Assembly (NCBI GenBank): GCA_026026165.1
Contig: JAPEUD010000047.1
Span: 124,001 to 188,000, forward strand
Direction: 5' to 3'
Source of the DNA: Sarea resinae
Taxonomy: Eukaryota
Length of the DNA stretch: 64,000 nucleotides
Shown here: positions 25,392-38,145 of the stretch, one piece after another
Numbering within the stretch: position 1 is the stretch's first letter
Layout of the letters: each line of letters opens with the position of its first letter
The notes under the pieces: generated by a model
What the model saw: only the letters and a program-made list of their open reading frames with translations
Databases searched by the model: none
What the model was told of the DNA's origin: nothing
Translations under genes and position numbers: made by a program

Positions 25392-28300
25392 GAAGGGCAG
25401 GTTATCTCGTTGATTCCTTATTTTGACATGGTCGATTGATTGACCCTTCATGTATCACCTCGCATAGTATTTGCCACCGCGCACAGTGAACATCTCGGCC
25501 TTCAGATATGGGTCCTGTGGTTGAACTTATGTCTGTTCTTCTGAGGCGGATGAGCATAAAGGGTTGGGCTGTTCATCGAGCATTGTGATAGCGAGAAATG
25601 GTTCTGCGAACGGCCTTTTTCCCTTCTCCTTGAGTGTGGGCATAAATAACAAGCCCGATGCTATGATGTTCAATACTTAAATCTGGTCTATTTGCTCTGC
25701 ATATCAACAAGACGATAAACCCATGATACCTACCTTCTTTCTATCGAGCGGGATCCAAAAGATGTCCTGACGTTTCAAGTCAGTACGGACTTTCTTGGCG
25801 ATGTCATTATTGTTGATATAGTGGGCAGGCAACACCCATCTCTTGTCCCCTTACTTACACTAACCTGACATATCTTATCTCATATCCACCTTACCCCACA
25901 ATCGGACCGACTACAGTACTCCGTAGCTACTGTACCGCCCTGCCCTGCATTAGCGTACCCTAGACACGCGGAATAAACTCGCGGGGTCCTCTCTCCCGCT
26001 CTCTCATCTTCAAACTTCCATTTCCCATCATTTGTTTCAGCGCGGCACCAGCTCTCTTCTGTCTCTCTCTCCCCCTCGTCGACTCCTATATGACGTATTG
26101 GCATTATCCCTTCTCTCATTCCCTCCCATCTCCCGTGGCTCATACCGGCAACACCACCCAGAGCTCTCGCATCCTTTCACCGACAGAAGCGTAGGCTAGC
26201 TCTTATTCGTCCAGAGAACTCGAAACACGGAAGACATGTCCGCTTTCTTGGATCCATTCCGCAATCCGCACTCCCTATCACATCTACCATCCACACCACC
26301 CACACCATCCCGGGAAGCGTTCATGTATGCAGTACGCCACGACCCATGGTATCGAACCGCCTGCATGCCCGAGCCGCGCGCGGGGACGATCCGTAGGCAC
26401 GGGCCAGACTGGACTGGACTCGAGTACATAGTCAATTGGACAGAGGCCTGGGGTTCCATATTCATGCTTGGAAGAAGCAGAGGCAAAGATAGGGGGTAGA
26501 CATCTAATAGATAGGTAGGTAGGGTGACTAATCTGGCTTGGTGGGCTACCTAGTCGGGGTAACATTGTAGAGAAGATGGGAAGAGAGGGGAACAAAGGAA
26601 AGTCGCAAGATGGGTGAGCTTGGCTTAGCTTGGCCGACGCTGTAGACTCCGAGTAGAGTATGCAAGCTTGATAAGAACTGGAGCGTACTATCCATTTTAC
26701 CAGTAAGATACGTAAGCAGATGGCTACCGAAGTAGTGATGATGGGATCACTGTAAGATAGGCCGGCTATTGTTCTCTAATCCTTTCATCAAGTTACGGGA
26801 CTCATCATGAAACAAATCGCTAAGACCAAGTGGCCCCGTCCCCTTCCCCGCCTTCTGACGTAAGCTACCAAGGCACTGGGGACGAGGCGGGACCGGAGAT
26901 GCCTCAGCAGCAAATGAACGCACTCGAACGATCTTATGCATAGATGTTTTCCAATCCAGTGGCTTAACGGGACGGTACGAATAAAAAAGATGACCAGTTG
27001 GGCAGAACCAAGGCAATGGGCAAGCCATTTCGATTCCCTTCACGTGCGACCGTAAGGCCAATTGGTACGGTATTTGCTGGGATTGTGGAGGGTGTTGGAT
27101 GCCTGCTGACTGTGTGCTTCTGTGGTGAGAGGCGCTGGCTGGCTGGCTGGTTGGTTGATTAGTGCGGCTGGGAATACTGGACTGGTAGAGTGGAGTAAGG
27201 TGCGGAGCACGAAATACAAGTAGGGAATGGTATGGTATGGTATGGGAATGAGATCGTTAAGAAAGTTGGTGGCTTGGCTTTATGAAACTCCGTGTGCCTG
27301 GGCCCCGAGGTCTGGATCATATACCGCGTCCGTACTGTACTCGCAAGGCTCGTACCGCTTGTGATATGATGAGGTCAGGTATGTGGGAGGTCTGTTGACG
27401 GGAAAATTGTGGATGCTTCGAAAGCATTACCGGATTGAACCGGGGCTGGATGGTTCATGACGATATACGTCGAGGTATCCCAGCACCAAGGTCAAGAACG
27501 TTCGGGAAGCAGGACGATAGTACTGAGATTCGATAATGGGATTGAATTTGGGGTATCATCTAACGACTGCAAACACATAAGAGAGGAACAGGAACCCCAC
27601 ACACGCCAGAGTGAAGCAGAGCGATGCCCGCATCCCGAGCCCGAATGGCATCATTAAAGATATCTACCTAAGTAATATAATGCAGGGAAACCACCAACCA
27701 CCACCGATAGTAAGCGAAACCAAATCCCACCGCAGCCGTGATTAAAAAAGAGCCGCGAAAAGCCGACACGGTGGTGAGAAGTAGACCAGCAGATGACGCA
27801 CGACGAGGAAACGAGGCGCGCAATAAATGGAACCCCCATGCAGATCGAGGCAGACAGGCTGCAAGATAAAGATAAGCAGATATGGCGAGTGGAGAAAGGC
27901 TGAGCGTATCGCGCGAAGATTGATACGGAATGGAGACGAACGGGAGGGGCGCGGATATGAATGCGCGCCGAACGCCCTGTAGTGCTATTATTTTTGGAGT
28001 TGGTGGTGAAGATCCATTCTTGTTTGCTGTTGTGCTTGGCGGGCGGTAAAGAAGAACTGCAGCCACGTGCTGGTTGTGCAGGGGTATGTCGGGGTCATCT
28101 CGGATGTTGGAATCGAGCTGAGCCCAGACGATGACCCTGATACAAGGAAGACCATCTCGTTGTGACCTGCTGTGCCGCGCCGTACAAGGGCTAGAACAAG
28201 TCCGGATCTTGCAAGGCGTTACGCGCGTTGCTGAGCTGAGCTGAGCAGACACGGTGCAGTTGCGGCATCCGACCAGACCGAATGCACAATTATTGCAGGG

Positions 28301-28981
28301 CCTGTAATGAAGATAGATAGCCGAAGTGGATGAAGTCGTGAAGCAAGCAAAAGCAGGGCAGCCAAAGCAAGCAAGTAATCGAAATAAGCAAGCAAGCTGC
28401 ATATGTCCGACGATCGACGTTCCCGACTTGTTTCGAGATCCTCGGAGCAGTGCCCCTCCTTTTGCCTCCCCTCACCACCGGTACCCTTGTTGGACTAAAT
28501 GAATTATCCCATGTCGAGCTTGTTTCGTTCTGTTCCGAAAGGCGTATCCATTCGCAACCGGTGCCCGAAGAGATTGGGAGGGAGAGATGATAGGGAGACT
28601 GATCCGCGAATGATCGTAGCGAGTGGAATATCGGTAAAAACCGGTGCCGGGGTCGTCATTGACGTCGACTTTGATTATTGAGCAAGGGAAAAAATCCCAT
28701 CATCACATCACATGGCTTGCGCGATTCGAGCTTTCGATCATGCCACGCTATCATCGATGTCGTCGAATGTACGAGCCCCGGTATCTCTGGAACCGGTTCT
28801 CTCTGGGACACGGCGCCGCGCAGCAAGGCGCGTCAGATCGCCAATGTCGACGAGTGAGGGGTGGTTTGGGGGTTGATTTGGAAGCGAGTGTCTGATTGGA
28901 GCTTGAAATTCCGAGGAAACTTGTTGAAACCGCCATTGGGATGCCTGTGAGCGAGGAAGGTTGCTATCGATGAGCACCAAT

Positions 28982-29068
28982 TTACTTTGGCACTGGAGGC
29001 AGAGGCCTCGTTGGCGGCGGGCCCGGGCAAGGCGGGTATTGAGTAGAGCCATTGTAGTGGACAGGCAT
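28982..29068 (-). CDS. Putative proline-rich microprotein, 28 aa (MPVHYNGSTQYPPCPGPPPTRPLPPVPK)
   Basis: The ATG is in a strong fungal context (TTCAAAATGC), after an A/C-rich ATG-free leader with a CATAAATA TATA-like element ~170 bp upstream. The peptide contains RPLPPxP. It is below the ORF-track size cutoff. Confidence 0.6.
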   Translation of the reverse strand: MPVHYNGSTQYPPCPGPPPTRPLPPVPK

Positions 29069-32000
29069 TTTGAAGTGTTTGGGTTGGGGGACTTGACTCG
29101 AGAAGGCTTCGAGGTAAGAATGGATTATGAAGTTGGAGCTATAGACGTGCAAGTCTTGAATGTTTGTTTTGATGCGGACTTTGGAATGCTAGACGTGCGA
29201 TGAACTACGAGCAGACGGGGGGCCGGGGATTCCACAGGTATTTATGCTCTCACTCTCCTCCTCATCTCATGGAAATGAGTCTCCTCCCAAGCCAAATGAT
29301 ATTTTACGAGCCGCCTGTAACAGGATAGAGTCATAGAAGAATTAGTGGGCGGACTATTTGCGGCGCCATCGGCGGCCGGATCCAAGGAACTGGACAGGGC
29401 TACGGGTATGACCAGGTACGAAAGTACGTACCCAGCTGAGAGAGTACCACGTACCGCACTAGTTGCTTGGCCCATGTCAGGTAGGGCAGGCAACAGACAC
29501 ATGGGACGATATTGGGGGGGAAAAGGGTGGGAAACTATTGAAGGTATGAGGTATTCAGGGGTGGGGTGGGAGGGTGTGTTTGCGACTGGCGGTTCGATGG
29601 TTAGCTGGAGGTGAGATAGGTCAGGTCAGGTACTTCGTACCTTGGTACTAAAGGTAGGTTGACCGAAATTTGACAAGAGCCGGCTTATTCGAACTAGGAT
29701 TTAGGGTACGAACACGTAGGTACGAGTACGCGCACGAAATTGATGATGCACAATGGAGGTTACCAATCTCCATGATGGACTAACGTTACGAACGCAAGTC
29801 CCGTTTTAGGATTCTGTGACACCTGAGACACACAAGGCTGAGCAATCCGTCCATCTGCTGGACGCTGCCCTGGAGTCGGAGCTGGAGATTTGGAGTACTC
29901 GACGAATAGAGCACTCTTTCGTAGCTGAAGACAGCACCTGAGAAAGGAATCAGAAGCTTCGAATCACGAGAGCCATGGACTGGGCTCCTGGGTTATCTGT
30001 TGCTTTGCTACTATGCAATACTCTCCTCTACTCGTACTCTACTCGACTGCGCACAATACTCCGTGCGCCATCCTTTCCATTCCTATCAAGTATTGTAGTC
30101 TACCTAACTCTGCACTGCCCTGTACAATGCTGCCCTGGCTGGCCCTGACATGGCCTCGTTCCTCTTTGCGGCCTACTACACAGACTACTTCATACACCCA
30201 CGCACTGGCCCGATCGTGCCTCGTGAATACATAGTAGAGACAATACTTCGAATTACTCTCGACGAATCCCACGCGCCTTGACCCTTGCATACCGCCTAAA
30301 TGTGGCTTTGAACTCGTATCATCACTGACACGGCATGACAACTTTGACTGTTCCCCTCATGGCTGTGTAACCGCTGGCTGCTTCTAATATTGTGATCTGC
30401 CCTCTCCGCCCCCGTAACCAATATGCGTGCTCTGATTGTATCATCCCGGATCGGCCGTGACCCGCAATGAAGATCCGTATCACGAACGAACGACGACTTA
30501 CCAGGTACACCGACAAGGCTGATAGTGGAAACATGTGTTACAAGTAGTGAGAAATGGCCAAAAGGCGGCGAAGGTACTTGGCGGCATGTCTCCTGCACCC
30601 AGCAAATTGCGATCAGACGGGCAGAACGGGCAGACAGGTCTCGCCGAGCCATCGCGTTGCGCGGCTGCAAACGGAAAATGAGGATTTTCCTTCGAGTTGC
30701 GTCACCGCCTTTCAGAAAAGGGTGGATCTCAGCTGAGGTGCACCGTACAAGATTGGACGGGGCAGGGGTCGAAGACACTGAAAGGGATGTTGAGCGCACC
30801 AGATGACCCAGCCTCTTTGCCCAACTGGGCCCAGCTTGGCCCCAACTAACGACCAGTACGGTATCGTCGCTCCCGTACTGCCCCTGTCTCAGCAAAATTG
30901 AATGGTGGCGATGAGTTTGAGCTCTGAGCCATGAACATCCGCGAGGTACCTTTTTCCCAGCACTCACGGTGTCACAAAGGAGACGAAGAAGAAAAAGAGA
31001 TGATTCGAAAGGAAGTTTCCGTTCCCCAGAAAACGTGGCTAGCGCGAACTAGTCAAGGGGAAGGGCACACTCTGTCCGATTTACACCCTTCAACCTTTGC
31101 TAGCAGCAGTCGAAGGGCGTTGAAAACGTCTGTCTGACCCGAGAGCCCGAGTTCTCCTTCGGAGCCTAACGGCTGTCTGCATGCCACGACCACGATCTAG
31201 AGTAGGGAGAACGAGCAGCTTTAGAAGAAAGTAATCGCTACACCATGATGACGATGGTAGTTGAAATTTCATCCCTTCTGCTTTCTGCCACGTACTAGGA
31301 TAAACAAACAGATACAGTCAGGCAGGTCAGCAGGCCGAGAGGCGGTCAACGACAATCCAGCCAGCACAAGATGATAGGCTGGGATTGGTGACCACCGAGC
31401 CTCCTTTCCCTGGTTTCCATCTTACTCCGTATGCTCCGAGTCTCTGTCTCTTGCGCAAGCCGACTCGGACTCGGCGGCGCACCCAAGAAAATTGTTTGCG
31501 GTGTGTGGAAATTACCTGCAATTTGATCGCTATTCGCTAATCTTAATAATCCTACGTCCCAACCTATTTTCTTCTCGTCTCGGCCTGGATCATCCCACTA
31601 GCAAGACTTTGCACAAAGAGATCATTCTCTCTCCTCTTGGCATTCTAACGCCCGAGCCTCATGGTTGAGTCAGGTGCTTGTATCAGATATTGCGAAGAAA
31701 GATGCTAGGAATTATCTGGTATCATCGAATGACCTTGTTCTCCATTCCTTGCAACGAAGGTAGCTGACGACTGTCGACAACAATCCCTACCTTAGATTGT
31801 TGGACAAGATCGGCTCTACCGGCAGTAGTGTGTAGACGTGCCGGCCGTAATGTCCTGAGTCTGCCGTTTACAGACTACAGTCTCCCGAGCGTATCGCCCG
31901 GCTCATCATCTTGCCTCGACATGGGATGGTAACGGTCTCTAACTTCATTTGCATCCCACGTCCGAAGTAGAGTAAGTGGTACAACGCATTCATATTCAGT

Positions 32001-34637
32001 TGCCGCGTTGACTGTCTGATGAGCTTGAAGACCATGCGATCGCCAGATCATTCTCAATCTAATATATCGATTCAAGGCACCAACTATAGGTTTGTACGTA
32101 CGTGCTCGTAACGGTCAGAGCAACGATCAACATCTGCCCTGCCCTGCCCTGAATGAGGTGTGTGCAAGTATGCAAGTGTGCACGGCTGTGTCACGCAGAC
32201 CGCCACATCCTCTCCAGAACCAGGAACAGAGACAGCCGCACACACCTTTTCGGCAGTATGAAGTACTCCGGCGTAGAGTACTCTACCTTGACCCGAGAAC
32301 CTCCAAAAGCTAAAGACTACGTACTCTTCTCTCCTTACCCTCTCCGTTCACACCAGCGCGATCTCCGATCCTTTCAATCCTCGACGATGATCAGCCGGCC
32401 AATCTCTTCTCTCCAGAAGCATCCTAGATGGCGTACCTGAAACGCCGACTTGGCTTCGGTGCTTGCCACCCATCCAGACAAGCACTGCACGGAGTCTCCG
32501 TTCGATCGAGTACGTACCCTCCAAAAAGATTGCTTTGGAAGTTTCGACGTTTGGGCGTTTTGGAAGACGAGCGAGCGAGCTCTCGTAGCGCCCGGCCGGC
32601 CAGGCCTGACAACGACTTAATGCGACTGATCCGACCAGGGCCGGTCATAACTCACCGCCTTTGCCTGTCTCCTCCGCCCCTAAACTACCTGAGGTCACCG
32701 GACTTCCTTCGGCGAGACTACCTAGCCACTGGCAGACGAGACAATAATGATGATGTCTTTGTTGTTTTGGAAGCAAACACTCTATGCCGACTCGGAGCTT
32801 GCCTCTCTCCTTCCCTCTCCTACGGGCAGCAATTAAGCAATTGATTGTCTTCTCGTGCCTAGCAGATCGTCTAACGCATCTTTCTCATTGTTCTCATTTC
32901 CCTCAGGGCTATATCCGATGGAATAGGGTAGAGCAATCTCCGCCATGTATTCACGACTTCCGAGTTCCGAGCAGCACCAGCATCACCAGCTGCAATCAAA
33001 CCGACTTTGTCCATATGAGCATCTCATCCACAGGTACAGTACAACTCATACCCGATGATACCATCCCAGGCAGGCAAGGCTTTGTATATGGAAGGCCAAT
33101 CAACCAGCATATCGCCCTTGACAATCTCCATGCCTGTCCTCTGCCGTGCGTAGTATGTGCCATACCTCATACATCCACCCATAACACTCCTCTCTTGTTG
33201 CCAATGCCAAGCACTCACGCACGACATTCATGCATTCCGACGTACAGGATCAATCATTCTCGAAGGATTCAACTTACAGCGACCACCTGATCTACAGATG
33301 TTGTGCTCCCTACATACTGTGCCCCTGCCTCCCCCCCGTTTGATTTGACCCCGCATGTGGGTCCCGAGGGATTGAGCGAGGGGTACAACCCGATACTGAA
33401 CCACTATTGAGTATCATGGCGATGAATGTACTATGAGTAGGCAGCATGTAGCAGACAAGACTATGCGTCCTGCAAGTCACAGTGCACCACGATGCCGTTC
33501 GTGGAGCAGCCCATTCAATGGACTGGGGCACAAGGATAAAGAGCATATCCCACTCTACCTCGTCTTACTTGGTACCTCATTGACGGAACTGAAACGCAAT
33601 TCACGGATGGCGCGGAGTACGGATGAGATTGGATATGCAGGTATGGACTCATAGCGATAGAGTACTATGTAGTGTGTGTATGCTTTGCTGTTTTGTTTTG
33701 GGGGCGTGTGCTCGGATCATTCCGGTTTCAATGCTCCTCTATCATGGCACCCCCTCCCTTCTCCACCCCCTAGTTTCAGGGTTCCTCTTCCTGTGCTTCA
33801 TCCGCCTAGAGCGATATGTGTATGTACACACTCTTTCTGATGGATCATTATGGATGGTGCATGGTGCACGGTGCATAGTGGGATGGAAGATGGGGGATAA
33901 CACCACATTGCATTATCGTTCTGCCTAACCAGAATCGCATGATCGCGCGAGTCAACGCCATGGCTTTTTAACATATATTGATTTTCCCCTGAGAAGTGGA
34001 GGGCGGAAAGAGGTAGTTTGGTCCGTGTCCGCGTCCGTGTCTGCATCTGTGCCTGAACAAGCAGCGGTCCGGGCGTCTGAATTTCGTTTGCTTTGAGCTG
34101 GCTTTGGGTTGTCTTTGTCTATTGACATTCTCGTCTTGTGAAGCATGCCACGTTGTCTGTTGCGCTTTTTATGATCTGTTTGCTTCTATGGTGGCACATT
34201 TCACCTCTATGCGACAGTGTCGGACCACCCCACGTCATGGCTGAGCCACTATCATCATCACCACCACCACTACCACCATCCAAGGTTGCACGGAACAGTT
34301 GTAAGGGCTAGGTTGGTAGCCGAAGTGCAATGATTCTACGGTGGTGAATGCATGCCCAATCCGGTAGATGTCGTGGGGTTCTGAGCACGCATCTTAAGCC
34401 GATAGATGCCAGGGCTGTCTGTCAGAGGCGTAGGTAGAAGCGTGTGCAGCTCTAATACATGATGTGAGTGTGACCTAGTGCATGGGGTCGCATAGTTGTG
34501 GTCGAACGATAAGCTCATCAGGAAGCTCACGGTCATTGCCACACAAATATCTCGGCAGCTGCGGCGCGACGAAACAGTTCTTGGCGATGTTCAACGAGCC
34601 AAAAGCAAAGCTCGTGGCTCTGTGATCATCGATCTCG

Positions 34638-35556
34638 TCAACCATCGTCAGCTTCCTGTTGCGCTTGCGTAGAAATCCATTGCTCCATCATGGCTTGTCC
34701 GCCTGTGATACCTGATCCACCTGCAGCAGTTGTTTTACTCTGTCCACCTCTGCGTTTGACGACGAGACAAAGGACACGGCCATAGATGGCAAAGCCATCA
34801 TAAAGAGTACTCAGCGCGAGCTTCTTCTTGTCGTCTGTTGAGCCGACAATACCCGTATATGAGCCATCGCGGGGGCCACCTTTGCTTCTTTTCGCCGGGG
34901 GGGAATCTCGCTGCAGCTGGATGGCGTCGTCTTCCGATTCTTCAGAGTCGTGTAGAAATAGACTGTCGCTGTTGTGACGCGGTCTTTTCCTCTGTCGGCT
35001 AGAGGGACCTTCTTGCTCTTCTGTTTCGTTTTCTGTGACGGCTGGAATGTCGGCCAATCTGATATTTGCCTCGCTTTCGTCGCTCTCTTCCCGGATTACT
35101 ACTGGTGCCGCATCGTCCTCAATTTCAACAGGCCCCTCTTGCGTCCCAGTCAGCTTCGATGAGTTGCTTTCCAGTCGTTGGGGCTTGTCTCTGAATATTT
35201 TCTGCTTTGTCAAAAGAGAATGGCGGGTAGAGATATCGGTCAAGAAGATAGACACTTCGAAGTCATCTATCACGCAGCATCCAGTCAGCTGGATTCTAGA
35301 TTCTTTCACATTTGAGCGGCACACCTTCAACGACAATATCCTTGACACCCTTGTTCTTCTTCTTCGCTTTGGACTTCTCGTTCTCTTCTTTGAGCTTGGG
35401 TAGGATAAGCGGTCTGACGCTGTCGAAGACTCGAGGTAGGACTGGATCGCGCGGATTCAATAGCCATGAGTTGGCGATTGCGGGATTATCTAGATAGATA
35501 CGACATTCGAGGACACTATATTTCGAAATTCGCATGTATCGCCGGATCGGCGCCAT
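34638..35556 (-). CDS. Fungal hypothetical protein, likely conserved and nuclear, 2 exons
   Basis: Exon 1 (35556-35325; MAPIRRYMRISKYSVLECRIYLDNP…KDIVVE), intron 35324-35267, exon 2 (DDFEVSIFLT…YDGFAIYGRVLCLVVKRR…MMEQWISTQ). Basic clusters RKRPR and PAKRSK are present. Confidence 0.8.
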
Positions 35557-35947
35557 GGTGGTGGTCGTGCTGTGTCGTTTAATTGTTTGATATAATGAAT
35601 TGCGATGCATGGATCGCGAATTCAGTAGCTGTAGCCGTAGCTGTAGCTGTACTACGTAGTTGCAGCTGCCTTGAGATCCGTCATGATACTGTACCTAGGT
35701 ACCTACTCGGTAGGCGGCAAGATTTGTTCTGGAAGGTTTGCCGAAGCCTCGGTACGAAGTACCTCGTATTTTGTAGATCCGCGACGCCATACTCGTAGAA
35801 CTCGAAGCTTCAATGAAAGACGCCATTTCGTACGCTCGACAGCCCAACCCATGCAATAAGCGCAGCAAGCGCACGAGCTTGATAGTTCATTCAATTCAAT
35901 CGAAACGCATGGATCAACCATCTGGCTGGTAATTGCAGAAGACAATC

Positions 35948-37529
35948 ATGGCGCTGGAGCTCCACGTTTGGGGTCCGGCCTTCTCTCTCCCATCAATAGA
36001 CGCAGAATGCATAGCAGCAATAGCATACTTCGCCCAGACCGTGCCTAAAGACGAATGGGTCATCATCGCGGACAGTGACCCAACAACGAGTCCCACAAGT
36101 TAGTCTCTGTCTCTCTTCTATTTGTTCGTCCTGAAGCATGCAATTAACGGTCAACTTCCCCAGAACAACTGCCCGCGCTGAACCACAATTCGACCTGGAT
36201 ATCGGGCTACCAAAACATAATCATCTACCTCGCACATATCTCTCACGGCGCGTGGGACTTGGACGCTCATCTGTCTCCTTCCCAGCGCGCAGATAGCTCC
36301 GCGTAAGTGCATTATATACCCGTCCTCTACTCCTCATCTCTTCAGCTGAACTAACGCCCATCCCCAGCTTCTCCGCCTTCCTGCGCTCCTCCGGCCGTCC
36401 CCTCCTCGACCTCTCCCTTTACGTCTCCACAGAAAACTATGCCAGAACCCGCACAGCACTGACCGCGCTCCTCCCCAGCCCGACACAATACATAATCCCG
36501 CCCTCCGTGCGCGCCGCCGCCCTCGCTCGTACCGACCACCTCGGCCTCTCGTCCCTGGACCTCGACACCGAACAGCCGGCGCCGAGCACAACGGCATCAA
36601 CAACACCAGGATCCGAAAGAGGGCCCGAAACAGCAGCAGGAGCAGGAACCGAAAACATCCCCGCGCGCCTGCTACGTCGAAATCCACAGAATACACTCAC
36701 GTCGCTCTTGCGCCGGCCAGAACACGCCTCTCAGTTCCGGCTCAACGCACTCACCACGCCCTTCTTCTCGCCTCTCCAAGATCTCCTCGGCACTAAGTCC
36801 TTCCTCCTCCATTCCTCCGAGAAAGGCGGCGTCTCAAGTCTAGATTGTCTAGCCCTGGGCTACCTATCCTTAGCGTTATACCCTGACCTCGCGCACCCGT
36901 GGCTATCGGAAACGCTCAAGAGGTCTTTTGCGCGCCTGACCGCCTACGTGCACGAGCTGCGCGATCTATGTTTCGGATCAGGCGGTAGAGGGGACGGCGA
37001 GGGAGAAGGAGACGCAGCACATACGTCATCCCTGCCGTGGACGTCAAAGGGCGGACAGCAAGCGGGCGACAGGCTAGGCATGCTAAGCCGTCTCCTGATG
37101 ACCCAGATCGCGGACGCTTTACCAGTCCCGAAGCCTTACAGCCAGCGCTTCGTGACATCGTCTTCCCCGTCGTCTTCCTCAGGTATCTCGTCGTCGATCT
37201 CGGCCACCGGCACTGCTGCATCGTTATCATCACCACGGTCTTCTTCTGAGCATCCCGCCACCCGCACCACAACCCCGACCTCTTCGACAGCAGCAAATCT
37301 CACGGCCCTCCTCACGCTCGCAGCAGCTGCCACGTCCGCCGTTCTGGCTTTCGCCACATACACGCACTTTAGCCCCTCATCATCATCGCCCTCGCCGACT
37401 TCGTCATCGGCATCGTCATCATCACCATCCTACGCTTCTCCCCAGGCAGAGGTAGATCAAACCAATGCCAACAATCTCTCCAACATGGGCGAAGCAGGCG
37501 CGACACTGGCTTCTATATTCGATCTCTGA
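35948..37529 (+). CDS. SAM37: Mitochondrial outer-membrane SAM complex subunit Sam37/Tom37 (metaxin family), 3 exons
   Basis: N-terminus MALELHVWGPAFSLPSIDAECIAAIAY. Introns 36099-36163 and 36303-36367. Contains LLDLSLYVSTENY, the metaxin GST-C-like SSLDCLALGYLSL and a C-terminal hydrophobic anchor. Confidence 0.85.
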
Positions 37530-38145
37530 ACGACCTGTGCGCGCAAATCTGACGGACAAATATGCATATAACGGTGGTGGGCAAGTTGGATAAGATAGTG
37601 GCTCGGCCTTTGCTGATTTGCATTTTCCAATCGCCTACTTCTTCCAGAGATACGGGTGAAAGTTTCAGACCCGTGAAAAAAGATATCGGAGTAGGCAGAG
37701 CACACACAGTCATGTAGAGGCGTTATCAGATGAAGAAAAAAATAACTCCATTGCTGACTAGACCCATGAGCCCTTCGTTCCGCTGTCCGCTATCATCCAT
37801 GATAATAAACCTATGTGACGTAAAGAGAAGGGAAAAGAAAAGAAGAGGGGGAGAGGGCCACGTGTTCAACCTCTCCGCTCCTAGGAACGTCCATCCACAC
37901 CCGCTGTTTGCTGTATCTGGCCTTGTGAGGGAAAGGAGGAGTAGAGGGCATGCATGTGTGATAGACAGTGAGAAATGTAGGAGATATATGGGCTCCTTCC
38001 AGACCAGACCAGACCAGCCACGAAGCAAACAACCTTATGATCCACCAACCACGAAAAACCCTAGGGTAATGCCTAATGTCCCATAATGGCCATCCGCCGT
38101 CGCATCTAGCTCATCGATACGCCCTGCATGGAAAAGACGAGAAAA

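Noticed and set aside
27668..28402. 244-aa minus-strand ORF
   Set aside because: Built partly from (GCTT)n repeats, with Cys/Arg-rich non-protein-like composition and no domain. More likely UTR or non-coding.
28738..29052. 104-aa ORF MALLNTRL… overlapping the micro-ORF
   Set aside because: It starts 16 nt downstream of the first, well-contexted ATG in a different frame and has no recognisable features. Leaky scanning cannot be excluded.
30296..33290. ORFs of 138-223 aa (30296-30967, 32428-32844, 32784-33290)
   Set aside because: No motifs, atypical composition and no convincing splice models.
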